Shown here in pieces: positions 42,516 through 52,856 of a stretch of 64,000 nt of DNA. Numbering within the stretch: the first letter of the stretch is position 1; each line of letters begins with the position of its first letter. Made by a program: the position numbers and the translations under genes. Under the pieces are notes generated by a model that saw nothing but the letters and a program-made list of their open reading frames with translations, was not told the DNA's origin and did no database searches. This DNA is from Anaeromyxobacter sp. (GTDB lineage Bacteria; Myxococcota; Myxococcia; Myxococcales; Anaeromyxobacteraceae), in the NCBI GenBank assembly GCA_049840735.1, contig JASGJN010000023.1, positions 32,001 to 96,000 of the forward strand, given 5' to 3'.

Positions 42516-43415
42516 ATGCACGTCTTCCTCACCGGCGCGACCGGCCTCATCGGCCAGGCGGCCGCCCGCGCGCTGCTGGGCCGCGGCGACGTGGTCACCG
42601 CGCTCTCCCGCTCCCCCTCGGCGCCGCGCACGCTCCCGCCCGGCGTGCGGATCCTCCAGGGCGATCCGGCCGTGGCCGGCCCCTGGGAGGAGGAGCTGGC
42701 GCGCTGCGACGCCTGCGTGCACCTGGCCGGCGAGCCGGTGGCGGAGGGGCGCTGGACCGCGGAGAAGAAGCTGCGCATCCGCGAGAGCCGGGTCCGCTCC
42801 ACCGAGCGGGTGGCGGCGGTGATCGCCGCCGGCGGCCCCGCGGTGCTGGTCTCGGGCAGCGCGGTGGGGTTCTACGGCTCGCGCGGCGACGAGGTGCTGG
42901 ACGAGGCCGCCGCGCCGGGCGACGGGTTCCTGTCCGAGGTCTGCCAGGCCTGGGAGGCCGCCGCCGCGCCGGCCCGGGTCCAGGCCCGCGTGGTCTTCCT
43001 GCGCACCGGCATCGTGCTCTCGCGCCACGGCGGCGCGCTGCCCGAGCTGGTCCGGCCGTTCAAGCTGTTCGCCGGCGGGCCGCTGGGGCGCGGGCTGTTC
43101 TGGCAGCCCTGGATCCACCTGGCCGACGAGCTGGGGCTCTTGCTCTTCGCGCTGGACGAGGCGCGGGTGGAGGGGCCGCTCAACGCCGCCGCCCCGGAGC
43201 CGGCGCTGAACCGCGACCTGGCCGCCGCGCTGGGGCGCGTGCTCCATCGCCCGGCGCTGCTCGCCGCGCCCGCCGCGGCGGTGAAGCTCCTGGCCGGCGA
43301 GCTGGCGTCGGTGGTGCTGGCCAGCCAGCGGGTGGTGCCGCGGAAGGCGCTGGAGCTGGGGTACCGGTTCAAGTTCCCGGCGCTGGAGCCGGCGCTGCGG
43401 GAGCTGCTGGGGTAG
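42516..43415 (+). CDS. TIGR01777 family NAD-dependent epimerase-like oxidoreductase
   Basis: TGATGLIG, HLAGEPV..RWT..K..IRESR, SAVGFYG, WIHLAD, SQRVVP..ELGYRF. Confidence 0.92.
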   Translation: MHVFLTGATGLIGQAAARALLGRGDVVTALSRSPSAPRTLPPGVRILQGDPAVAGPWEEELARCDACVHLAGEPVAEGRWTAEKKLRIRESRVRSTERVAAVIAAGGPAVLVSGSAVGFYGSRGDEVLDEAAAPGDGFLSEVCQAWEAAAAPARVQARVVFLRTGIVLSRHGGALPELVRPFKLFAGGPLGRGLFWQPWIHLADELGLLLFALDEARVEGPLNAAAPEPALNRDLAAALGRVLHRPALLAAPAAAVKLLAGELASVVLASQRVVPRKALELGYRFKFPALEPALRELLG

Positions 43416-43430
43416 GCGGCCCACAGCCCT

Positions 43431-43540
43431 GGGCTTCGACTCCGCGAGCCCTGCGGGCTCGCTACGCTCAGCCCGAACGGGATCGAAAGGCCCGTTCGCC
43501 CTGAGCGTAGCCGCGGCGAAGCCGCGGCGGAGTCGAAGGG
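43431..43540. repeat. Inverted pair of structured REP-like elements (copies 6-7)
   Basis: 43431-43480 forward, 43492-43540 reverse, 11-bp spacer. Confidence 0.85.
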
Positions 43541-43594
43541 CAGGGACGCTTCCGCTGTTGCCCGTCCCCCGCCGTGCCATTACCCTCCCGCGCC

Positions 43595-44624
43595 ATGTCC
43601 CGCCCCATCTCGCTCGCCGTGCTCGGCGCCACCGGCCTGGCCGGCCGCGCCGTCCTCGAGGTCCTGGCCCAATCCGAGCTCGAATCCCAGCGAGCTGCGC
43701 CTGCTGGCCTCGTCCCGCTCCGCCGGCACCAAGGTGGAGGTGGACGGCGAGGAGCTGCCGGTGGCGGCGGTGGGGGAGGGGGCCTTCCGCGGCGCGGACG
43801 TGGCCATCTTCTGCGCGCCGCCCGAGGTGGCCCGCGCCTGGGCGCCCAAGGCCCGCGCCGAGGGCTGCCGCGTCATCGACGCCTCGATGGCCTTCCGCGA
43901 GGACGAGCACGTGCCGCTGGTGGTGCCGGCGCTCAACGGCGCCGCGCTGGACGCCGGCGCCTCGCTGGTGGCGCTGCCGGCCGGCGCGGTGGCGGCGGTG
44001 GCCACGGCCCTGGCGCCGCTCCACGCCGCCGCCGCCGTGGAGCGGGTGGCGGTCACCACGCTCGAGCCGGTGGCCTCCGCCGGCCGCGCCGCCGTGGATC
44101 AGCTGGAGCGCGAGGTGGCCGACCTCATGAACGGGCGCGAGCCGGAGACCGGCGCCGCGCTGCCGCACCGGCTGGCCTTCAACGTGGTGCCGCAGGTGGG
44201 CACGTTCGGTCCGGACGGCCGGACCGCCGCCGAGGGCGCGCTGCCCGGCGAGCTGCGCCGGGTGCTGGGCGCGCCGGGCCTGGCCGCCTCGGCCACGGCC
44301 GTGCGCGTGCCGGTCTTCTACGGGCTGACGGCGGTGATCGGGGTCACCCTGGCCCGGCCGCTGGCGCCCGACGAGGCGCGGACGCTCTTGCGCGCCGCGC
44401 CGGGCGTGAAGGTCCTGGACGCGCCGGGGGACGGCATCTACCCCATGCCCATGCTCACCGTGAACGACGACGCCGTGCTGGTGGGGCGCGTGCGGGCCGA
44501 TCCATCCCACCCGCGCGGCCTGGAGCTGGTGCTGGTCACCGACGAGCTGCGCCAGGGCGTGGCGGTCAACGCGGTCCGGGTGGCCGAGCGGCTCTCGGAG
44601 CTGCCGGCGCTGGTGCGCGCCTGA
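43595..44624 (+). CDS. Aspartate-semialdehyde dehydrogenase-like (Usg-type) protein (apparent +1 frameshift at ~43683)
   Basis: AVLGATGLAG N-terminus; VPLVVP.LN, LAFNVVPQ, AVRVPVFYG, VGRVR; CGAATC->CGATC joins the frames; catalytic Cys and His absent. Confidence 0.85.
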
Positions 44625-44804
44625 GCGGTTGATCCCGCCGCGGGCGCCCTGCCAAATTGTCAGCGGGCGCGAGCCGGCCGGCGCGCGCCTTGCCAAAATG
44701 GCGCCCCGGGGCGTCTGGCGACCCGCCAGGTCCGCGCAAGCTCCCGTCCTCCCTCGCGTCCGCATGCTTGCCAGGGTGGCGCTCCGATTGCAGAATCCGC
44801 CCAC

Positions 44805-45719
44805 ATGCGACGCGCCCTTCTCTCCGCCCTCCTCGCCGTCCCCGGCCTCGCGCTCGGGCAGTCGGTGCCGGCCACCGCCGGCGTGCTCGACACGCTGCCG
44901 GAGTTCATCAACATCGAGGCCTGCAACAGCTCCTCGGAGACCATCGGGGCGAGTTGGAAGATCGTCCCAACGGTCACCTTCGCGACGGACGGGACGTACC
45001 GGATCTACGCCTCGAACAAGGCCCCGCCGAGCAGCGGTGACAACGCCCACTTCTGCCCCGAGTCGGACAACACGAACGAGGGCACCTTCGCCCGGCAGAT
45101 CGGGCAGTCGTTCGATGCGCCCCAGGTCAGCTACAGCCAGCGCCAGCTCAAGGCGCAGGACCTGATGGTCGCCGCCGGCCTGTCCACGGCCTGCACCCAG
45201 ACCAGCGACGTGGTCATCAACGTCTGCGCCCACTGGTACACCTCGGCCAACAGCCGCGGTGGCTATGCCAGCGGCACCGTCACGCTCCAGCTCACGCGGC
45301 CGGCCACGCCGGTCATCAACTCGGTGACCGGCGGCAATCACAAGCTCCACGTCAGCCTGTCCGCCGGCCCCTCGGGCGCCGCCGAGACCACCAAGTACCG
45401 CGTGACCGTCGCGCCGGTGAACCCAGCGGACGACACCGCCACCCACGGCGCCGTCGAGTCCACCTCGCCGGTGGTGGTCAGTGGCCTCCTCAACGACGTG
45501 CAGTACACCGTCACCGCCTACGCGCTGAGCGTGGCCGCCAACCCCAGCGAGGCCGCCGCCACCGGGACCGGCACCCCCGTCCCCGTGGACGACTTCTGGG
45601 ACCACTACGGCAACGCAGGCGGGGCCGAGCAGGGTGGCTGCAGCGCCGGCTCCGGCGGCCTGCTGGCCCTGCTGGCGCCGCTCGCGGCGCTGATCCTGCT
45701 CCGCCGGAGGAACGCGTGA
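44805..45719 (+). CDS. MYXO-CTERM-anchored surface protein with FN3-like domain (MXAN_2561-like)
   Basis: Signal peptide; FN3-like VSGLLNDVQYTV; C-terminal GGC-SAG + TM + RRR sorting signal. Confidence 0.8.
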   Translation: MRRALLSALLAVPGLALGQSVPATAGVLDTLPEFINIEACNSSSETIGASWKIVPTVTFATDGTYRIYASNKAPPSSGDNAHFCPESDNTNEGTFARQIGQSFDAPQVSYSQRQLKAQDLMVAAGLSTACTQTSDVVINVCAHWYTSANSRGGYASGTVTLQLTRPATPVINSVTGGNHKLHVSLSAGPSGAAETTKYRVTVAPVNPADDTATHGAVESTSPVVVSGLLNDVQYTVTAYALSVAANPSEAAATGTGTPVPVDDFWDHYGNAGGAEQGGCSAGSGGLLALLAPLAALILLRRRNA

Positions 45720-46438
45720 AGCACCTGACCCTGGCCGCGCTCGTCGCGGCGCTGCTCCTCCCCGCCGCCGCCCTCGCGCAGTCCACGCACGGCGAGGCCG
45801 GCACCTACGCCTCGCCCAAGGCCGGCTCCTTCGAGCTGGGCATGGGCAAGTACCTGCCCGCCATCGACTCCGAGTTCAACGGCAGCGCGCAGCCGTACCG
45901 GGACGTCTTCGGGACCGACGGCGGCTGGGCCTTCCGCGCCGCCGTCTCCTGGGCCGTCCACGCCAGCCGGATCGGCGTGGCCGAGGTGGGCGTGAAGAGC
46001 GGCTTCTTCCGCGACAGCGGCTACGGCCTGGACCAGTCCGGCAACCCCACCGGCGACAAGACGACGTTCAACGTCGTGCCCACCAGCCTCATCGCCACCT
46101 ACCGCTTCGACGGCGTGCCCGAGCGGCTCCACGTGCCGCTGGCGCCGTACCTGCGCTTCGGGCTGGAGCGCTACAACTGGTGGGTCACCGATGGTGACAA
46201 CAACTGGTCCAAGGAAGGCGCCACCAACGGCTGGTCCGGGACGCTCGGCCTGGCGCTGCTGCTGGACTGGTTCGACCAGCAGTCCGCGCGCGACCTGGAC
46301 CGCGAGGCCGGCATCAACCACACCTACCTGTTCGCCGACTGGTCGTTCGGGAAGGTGGACGACTTCGGCTCCAGCAAGAGCTGGGACCTGACGAACGACA
46401 AGGGCGCGTTCCAGTTCGGGTTGATGCTGGCGTTCTGA
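45716..46438 (+). CDS. Outer-membrane beta-barrel protein (MXAN_2562-like)
   Basis: Signal peptide; amphipathic strands; terminal F (FGLMLAF); GTGA overlap with the upstream gene. Confidence 0.8.
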   Translation: MKHLTLAALVAALLLPAAALAQSTHGEAGTYASPKAGSFELGMGKYLPAIDSEFNGSAQPYRDVFGTDGGWAFRAAVSWAVHASRIGVAEVGVKSGFFRDSGYGLDQSGNPTGDKTTFNVVPTSLIATYRFDGVPERLHVPLAPYLRFGLERYNWWVTDGDNNWSKEGATNGWSGTLGLALLLDWFDQQSARDLDREAGINHTYLFADWSFGKVDDFGSSKSWDLTNDKGAFQFGLMLAF

Positions 46439-46443
46439 GGCTG

Positions 46444-46665
46444 TCCTTCGACTTCGCGCCCGCTGCGCGGGCGCTACGCTCAGGACGAACGGGGCCGGAA
46501 CCCCATTCGCCCTTGAGCGTGGCCGCTGCAACGCCGCGGCTGGGCGAGGCCCGCAAGTACGTGCCGGCCCGCCGCATGGTCGAAGGGCTCATGGAGCGCC
46601 GAACGGGTTCACTGTCCGTTCGGCCTGAGCCCTTCGGCAAGCTCAGGGCAGGCGGAGTCGAAGGC
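46444..46665. repeat. Cluster of three structured REP-like elements (copies 8-10)
   Basis: 46444-46492 forward; 46506-46588 reverse variant with long insert; 46616-46665 reverse variant with nested CCTTCGGCAAGCTCAGGG; between convergent genes. Confidence 0.75.
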
Positions 46666-46688
46666 CAGGGACTCGCTCCGCCCCTCGC

Positions 46689-47501
<813 letters not shown>

Positions 47502-47678
47502 GCCCTACGTTTACCGCGGCGCGCCCGGCCGCGCGGCAGGGGATCGCCGGGCAATCCCCCTGAGGCCGATTGCCCTTGGGACGCTGTGTCCCAGGTTGCT
47601 GATCCCCCACCCAAGCGGGCGAAACGCCCCTCGATCGCGGGCTCGACGGCGGGTCGCTCCCGATGGACATTCGAGCCG

Positions 47679-48317
47679 ATGCAGCTCTTCTACACGACCT
47701 TCGAGGCGGCCAAGATCCTCGGCGTCTCGCTCCCCACGGTGGTCAACTGGATCAAGGCCCGGCGCATCAAGGCGCACCGGACGCCGGGCGGCCACCGCCG
47801 CATCAGCCGCGAGGACCTCGCGACCTTCATGCACCGGCAGGGCATGCCGGTGCCGCCGGAGCTGACCGGCGCCGCCCCCGCCCGGCACAAGGTGCTGGTG
47901 GTGGGCGAGCCCGGTCCCGCGCGGGAGGGGACCGCGCGCCAGCTGGCCTCCTCCGGCTTCGCCGTCGAGCAGTCCTCGCCCGGCTTCGCGGCCGGGGCCG
48001 CCGCCGCCCGCTACGAGCCGGACGTGGTGCTACTGCACGCGCCGGGGCCGGACGGCGGCGACGTGCTGCGCGGGTTCCGCAGCGACCGCGAGCTCAACGG
48101 CGTGCCGGTGGTGGCCATCGGCGCCGCCGAGTGGATGGAGGACCTGGTGCACGCGGGCTGCGCCGAGGCGCTGCCCCGGCCCCCGGCGGAGGGGCAGCTT
48201 CCGGAGGCGATCACGCGGGCCGTCACGGCCGCGGAGGGGCGCAAGCGCAAGGCCCGTCCCGCGGCGGCGGCCGGCTCCACCCGCAGGCGCAGGGCCACCC
48301 ACACCTCGCCGGAGTAG
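47679..48317 (+). CDS. Excisionase/MerR-like HTH regulator fused to an atypical receiver domain
   Basis: YTTFEAAKILGVSLPTVVNWI...RTPGGHRRI; REC-like C-domain lacking the conserved Asp residues. Confidence 0.85.
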   Translation: MQLFYTTFEAAKILGVSLPTVVNWIKARRIKAHRTPGGHRRISREDLATFMHRQGMPVPPELTGAAPARHKVLVVGEPGPAREGTARQLASSGFAVEQSSPGFAAGAAAARYEPDVVLLHAPGPDGGDVLRGFRSDRELNGVPVVAIGAAEWMEDLVHAGCAEALPRPPAEGQLPEAITRAVTAAEGRKRKARPAAAAGSTRRRRATHTSPE

Positions 48318-48385
48318 CGCCCGCCGTGCGGGCGGACCAGCAGGCGCAGCCCTGCTAGACTCTGCGAGGAGGCTCCTCGGCGCAC

Positions 48386-49990
48386 ATGTGCCGCGCCCGC
48401 TCGCTCGCGCTCGCCCTGGCGACCCTGGCCCTGACGCCAGGGCCTGCCCGCGGCGCGACCGGCGCGCCGGCGGTGCACGTGGACCCCGAGGCCATGGCCG
48501 AGGCTCGCCGCGGCGGGCCCGAGGCGGGCCAGGCGCGGGCCATGGCGGCCTACCTCGAGGCGCGCGCCTGCGAGCGCGAAGGGGACGCGCGCGGCGCGGC
48601 CACGGCGCTGCAGGAGGCCGTCACCTTCGACCCCGCCAGCGCCGAGCTGCGCGCCGCGCTGGCCCGCGCGCTGGGGCGGCTGGGGCGGCACGACCAGGCC
48701 GCGGCGCAGGCGCAGGCGGCGCTGGAGCGGCAGCCGGCCCGGGCCGTGGCGGCGCAGGCGCGGGTGGCGCTGGCGCGCGCGGCCATCGCCCGCGGCGACG
48801 CCGAGGCGGCCACCGCCGAGCTGCGGCTGGCGGCGCAGCTCGCGGCCGGGGCCGCGGCGCCGGGCGAGCGGGTCGAGCCCGAGCCGTGGCGGCTGCTGGC
48901 GCTCATCCACCTGGGCGCGGGCGAGGACGCCGCCGCGCTGCGCACGCTGGAGGACCTGCTGGCCCGCGCCCCGCAGGCCACCGGCGAGGTGCGCGAGGTG
49001 GGACGGCGGCTGCTGGAGGCGGGGGAGCTGGGGCGCGCCGAGGCGTTCCTGCGCCGCGCCACGCAGGCCGCGCCGGAGGACCCCGAGGGCTGGCGGCTGC
49101 TGGCGGCGCTGCACGAGCGGACCGGGCGCGAGCAGGAGGCGGCCGCCGATCTCGAGAAGCTGCTGCGCGCCTGGCCGGAGGACGCCGGGGCGCTGCGCGC
49201 GATGGGAGGGCTGGCGCTGCGGGCGGGCCAGGTGGAGGCGGCCCGCGGCTGGCTGGGGCGCTACGTCGAGGCCGCCCCTTCGCGCCCGGCCGCCGCGCTG
49301 GAGGTGGTGCGGCTCTGGCTGGGCGCCGGCCGCGCCGGCGAGGCGCTGGCGCTGGCCCGCGCGGCCAGCGCCGCCGAGGGCGCGCCGGACCCGGCGCTGC
49401 AGCTGGCCGAGGGGCTGGCGCTGCAGGGGCTGGGGCGCCACACCGAGGCGGCGCGGGTGCTGGCCGCCGTGCCGCCCGGCAGCCCCGCCTGGCCGGCCGC
49501 GCGCCAGGCCCAGGTGGACGCGCTCTCGCGGGCCGGGCGCCACGGCGAGGCCACCCGCGCCGCCGCCGAGGGGCTGCGCCGGCAGCCCGGCCACGTCGGG
49601 CTGCTGCTGGTGCAGGCGGAGGCGCTGGAGCGGGCCGGCCGCGGGATCGAGGCGGCGGCAGGGCTGGGGCGCGCCGCCACCGCGCTGGAGGCCAGCGCCG
49701 ACGTCGAGGGGGCGGTGGCGCTCCAGGCCGCGCGCGGCCGGCTGCTCTGCCGGGCCGGCCGGCCTCACCAGGCGGTGAGCGCGCTCCGCTCCGCCGCGGC
49801 GCTCCACCCGGACGCGCCGCCGCTGCTGCTGGGCCTGGCCGAGGCGCTGGAGCAGGTGGGCGAGCTCGAGGCGGCCCGGGCCGAGCTGCGGGCCCTGCTG
49901 GCGCTCCAGCCCGAGCACGCCGAGGCGCAGGCGCGGCTGCGGGCCTCCCTGGAGCGGCAACCGCGGGCCGCAGCCCCCCGGGTTCCTTGA
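48386..49990 (+). CDS. Secreted tetratricopeptide-repeat protein
   Basis: Signal peptide; repeated A...P....W/L..L helical TPR pattern. Confidence 0.75.
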   Translation: MCRARSLALALATLALTPGPARGATGAPAVHVDPEAMAEARRGGPEAGQARAMAAYLEARACEREGDARGAATALQEAVTFDPASAELRAALARALGRLGRHDQAAAQAQAALERQPARAVAAQARVALARAAIARGDAEAATAELRLAAQLAAGAAAPGERVEPEPWRLLALIHLGAGEDAAALRTLEDLLARAPQATGEVREVGRRLLEAGELGRAEAFLRRATQAAPEDPEGWRLLAALHERTGREQEAAADLEKLLRAWPEDAGALRAMGGLALRAGQVEAARGWLGRYVEAAPSRPAAALEVVRLWLGAGRAGEALALARAASAAEGAPDPALQLAEGLALQGLGRHTEAARVLAAVPPGSPAWPAARQAQVDALSRAGRHGEATRAAAEGLRRQPGHVGLLLVQAEALERAGRGIEAAAGLGRAATALEASADVEGAVALQAARGRLLCRAGRPHQAVSALRSAAALHPDAPPLLLGLAEALEQVGELEAARAELRALLALQPEHAEAQARLRASLERQPRAAAPRVP

Positions 49991-50022
49991 CGCCCCCTCC
50001 CACCGCCGGTACGGTCCGGCCG

Positions 50023-50898
50023 ATGCCCGTCCCGTCGTTCCCGACCGAGGCCGAGGCGCGGCACGAGGAGGGGTTCCTCAACTCGGCCGACCATCTCCGG
50101 CTCTACTGGCAGCGCTTCACGCCGCCCAGCGCGCGCGCCACCGTGGCCGTGGTGCACGGCGGCGGCGACCACGGCGGCCGCTATCCCGGCATCACCCGGG
50201 CGCTGGTGCGGGGCGGCTTCCAGGTGGCGCTGGTGGACCTGCGCGGCCACGGCCAGTCCGACGGCCGGCGCTGGCACGTGGACGCCTTCTCCGACTACCT
50301 GGCCGACCTGGACGCCTTCGTGGCCAAGCTGTCGCAGGACGGGGTGGCCGGCGACCGGCTCTTCGTGGTGGCGCACAGCATGGGCGGCCTCATCGCCGGC
50401 ACCTGGGGGCTGACCCGCGTCGGCCGCCACGCCTCCGGGTTCGTGCTCTCCTCGCCCTATCTCGGGCTGGCCATGCGGCCCCCGGCGGCCAAGGTGCTGG
50501 CGGGCAAGATCCTGGGCAAGGCGCTGCCCTGGATGCCCATCAAGACCGGCCTGGACGTGCGGGACCTGACCTCCTGCCCCGAGCACCAGCGCTGGACCGA
50601 GCAGGACCCGCTCTACGGCCGCGCCACCACGCCACGCTGGTTCGACGAGGCCGGGAAGGCCCAGGCCGAGCTTTTACGGCGCGCAGGCGAATGGACCGCA
50701 CCCCTGCTGGTGCAGGTGGGCACCGCCGACACCATCGCCGACGCCGCGGCCGCGCGGGCCTTCGTCCAGACCGCCGGGGCGGAGGACAAGCAGGTCTCGG
50801 TGTACGAGGGCTTCCGACACGAGATCTACAACGAGCAGGACCGGGACCGTCCGATCGGGGACGCGGTTGCCTGGTTGTCCCACAGGTCTCCGACATGA
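50023..50898 (+). CDS. Alpha/beta hydrolase (lysophospholipase family)
   Basis: VVHGGGDH, DLRGHGQSDG, AHSMGG nucleophile, HEIYNE. Confidence 0.92.
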   Translation: MPVPSFPTEAEARHEEGFLNSADHLRLYWQRFTPPSARATVAVVHGGGDHGGRYPGITRALVRGGFQVALVDLRGHGQSDGRRWHVDAFSDYLADLDAFVAKLSQDGVAGDRLFVVAHSMGGLIAGTWGLTRVGRHASGFVLSSPYLGLAMRPPAAKVLAGKILGKALPWMPIKTGLDVRDLTSCPEHQRWTEQDPLYGRATTPRWFDEAGKAQAELLRRAGEWTAPLLVQVGTADTIADAAAARAFVQTAGAEDKQVSVYEGFRHEIYNEQDRDRPIGDAVAWLSHRSPT

Positions 50899-50902
50899 GC
50901 CG

Positions 50903-50932
50903 TTGACGCCCCCCGGAGGGCCCTTCTATCCT
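50903..50932 (+). promoter_or_regulatory. Sigma70-type promoter of the bactofilin operon
   Basis: TTGACG-18nt-TATCCT. Confidence 0.6.
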
Positions 50933-50997
50933 GCCCGGGATTTCACTCCACGCGGCGTGTGGCAGCGGGGATTCTCAGAAGTCCCGGAGGACATGGA

Positions 50998-51366
50998 ATG
51001 GCTGGTATCGAGAAGGTCCCGGCGCCCCGCGCCGGTGCGCACACGGTGATCGGGAGTTCGATCGTCATCGACGGCGAGATCTCGGGTGACGAGGACCTGG
51101 TCATCCAGGGCACGGTCAAGGGTCGCATCAGCCTGCGGGAGAGCCTCTTCGTCGAGTCCTCCGGCGTGATCGAGGCCGACATCGAGACCGCGAACGTCGA
51201 GGTTTCCGGTCAGGTGACCGGCAACATCGCGGCGAGCGACAAGGTGGAGCTCAAGGCGGACTGCAAGGTTGTCGGCGACATTCGCGCGCCGCGCATCCTG
51301 ATCGCCGACGGCGCCCTCTTCAAGGGCAACGTGGACATGGACGTCAAGGATACGAAGGGGAAGTGA
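50998..51366 (+). CDS. bacO: Bactofilin (BacO-like)
   Basis: TVIGSSIVIDGEISGDEDLVIQGTVKG...VGDIRAPRILIADGALFKGNVDM; GGAGG RBS. Confidence 0.88.
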   Translation: MAGIEKVPAPRAGAHTVIGSSIVIDGEISGDEDLVIQGTVKGRISLRESLFVESSGVIEADIETANVEVSGQVTGNIAASDKVELKADCKVVGDIRAPRILIADGALFKGNVDMDVKDTKGK

Positions 51367-51369
51367 CCC

Positions 51370-51931
51370 GTGGCGACCTCTGACGGCAGCACCATCATCG
51401 GCGAATCGATCCTCATCAGCGGCTCCCTCAACGGCGACGAGGACCTCACGGTCCGCGGCCGCGTCGAGGGGACGCTCACCCTCACCAAGACCCTGGTGGT
51501 CGAGCCCACCGGCATCGTCAAGGCCGAGGTGCAGGTCAAGAACTGCGTCATCGCGGGCGCGGTGGTCGGCAACGTCACCGCCACCGAGTCGGTCGAGATC
51601 ACCAAGGAAGGCCGCATGGTGGGCGACATCAACGCCCCGCGGGTGATCATCGTCGACGGCGCCAGCTTCCGCGGCCGCATCGACATGGGCGAGGTGGACG
51701 TGGACCTGGAGCGGCCCGTCCGCCAGGTGGCCCGCGCCGCGCCGCCCCCGCAGGCCCGCCCGGTGGCCCGGCCCCCGGCCCGCCCGGTGATGCCGGCGCC
51801 GCGTCCGGAGCCGAAGAAGGAGGAGCGGGTCCCGGTCGCCGCCGCGGTCGGCGCCCCCAAGCCTCCGGCGCCCCCCGCGCCCGTCGCCATGGGCGCGGTG
51901 AAGCGCAAGGTGATTCGTGAAGCGCAAGTAG
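51370..51931 (+). CDS. bacP: Bactofilin with Pro-rich tail (BacP-like; apparent +1 frameshift at ~51914)
   Basis: Bactofilin domain plus Pro/Arg tail; GATTCG->GATCG gives the basic end KRKVIVKRK-TAG (51929-51931) instead of read-through to 52017. Confidence 0.85.
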
Positions 51932-52061
51932 TCACGCCTGCCGTGGCCCCCTCCGCCGTGGTGCACCACCGCGGAGGGCGGCTCCGACCGGCCAGGCCTG
52001 GCGTGCGCCAGGGGTGAGGCCGCTGGCCCGCCCCTGGCGACCAGCCGGGCGGGAAGGTGAG

Positions 52062-52856
52062 ATGGACCTGGAGCCGCGCACCACGGCGCCCGCGCACGCG
52101 ACGGGCGCCGTCGAGTTCGTGCCGCTTTCTGCGATCGCGCCCGACACCACCTTCCGGCTGCGCGAAGAGGGCGACGTGGCGGCGCTGGCCGGCTCGATGG
52201 GCCGGCTGGGCCAGCTGGTCCCGGTGGAGCTGCGCCCGCTGCCCGACGCCCCCGAGGGCGGTCCCCGCTGGCAGGTGGTGGCCGGCTTCCGGCGCATGGC
52301 CGCGCTCCGCATGCTGATGCGCGGCCGGGTGCTGGCGCGCCTGCACGGCTCGCTGGGCGACGAGGACGCCTGGGCCATCGCCCTGGCGCAGCCGCTCCTG
52401 GCCGAGCCGCTGGACGGCGAGGCGCTGGAGGCGCTCCGGGCGCGGCTGGCCGCGGAGAACCTGGCGCCCTGGGCCGACGAGCTGGTGGACGAGGCGCTGG
52501 TCCGGGCCCCGGTGCCGGCGGCCGTGCGCGAGCGGTTCTTCGCGTATCTGAAGCGCGAGCCGGCTGCGGCGGAGGCTGAGGAGGCGGAGGCCGCCGAGGC
52601 CGCGCCCGAGGAGCAGCCTGCGGAGGAGCCCGCGGCGGAGGAGCCGGGGGAGCCCGAGGAGGCCGGGGACGTCGAGATGACCCCGGAGGAGCTGGCGGAG
52701 GACCTCTCCGCGCGGCTCTATGAGGTGAACGCGGATCTGGCCGTGGCGGCCGACGCCTGGGCGGAGCTCCCGCCCGAGGGTCGCCGGGCCATCCTGGAGC
52801 AGCTGCGCTGGATCGCCGGGCTGGCGGCCTGGGCGGAATCGGAGGAAGAGGGATGA
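52062..52856 (+). CDS. ParB/Srx-domain protein (PadC-like) with acidic linker
   Basis: FRLR...LAGSM.RLGQLVPV..R..WQVVAGFRR; directly downstream of the bactofilins. Confidence 0.8.
   Translation: MDLEPRTTAPAHATGAVEFVPLSAIAPDTTFRLREEGDVAALAGSMGRLGQLVPVELRPLPDAPEGGPRWQVVAGFRRMAALRMLMRGRVLARLHGSLGDEDAWAIALAQPLLAEPLDGEALEALRARLAAENLAPWADELVDEALVRAPVPAAVRERFFAYLKREPAAAEAEEAEAAEAAPEEQPAEEPAAEEPGEPEEAGDVEMTPEELAEDLSARLYEVNADLAVAADAWAELPPEGRRAILEQLRWIAGLAAWAESEEEG

Noticed and set aside
51400..51412. CGAATC in the bacP 5' region as another motif-linked indel
   Set aside because: In frame (IIGESILI) and matches the bactofilin pattern, so it is a genuine GAATC
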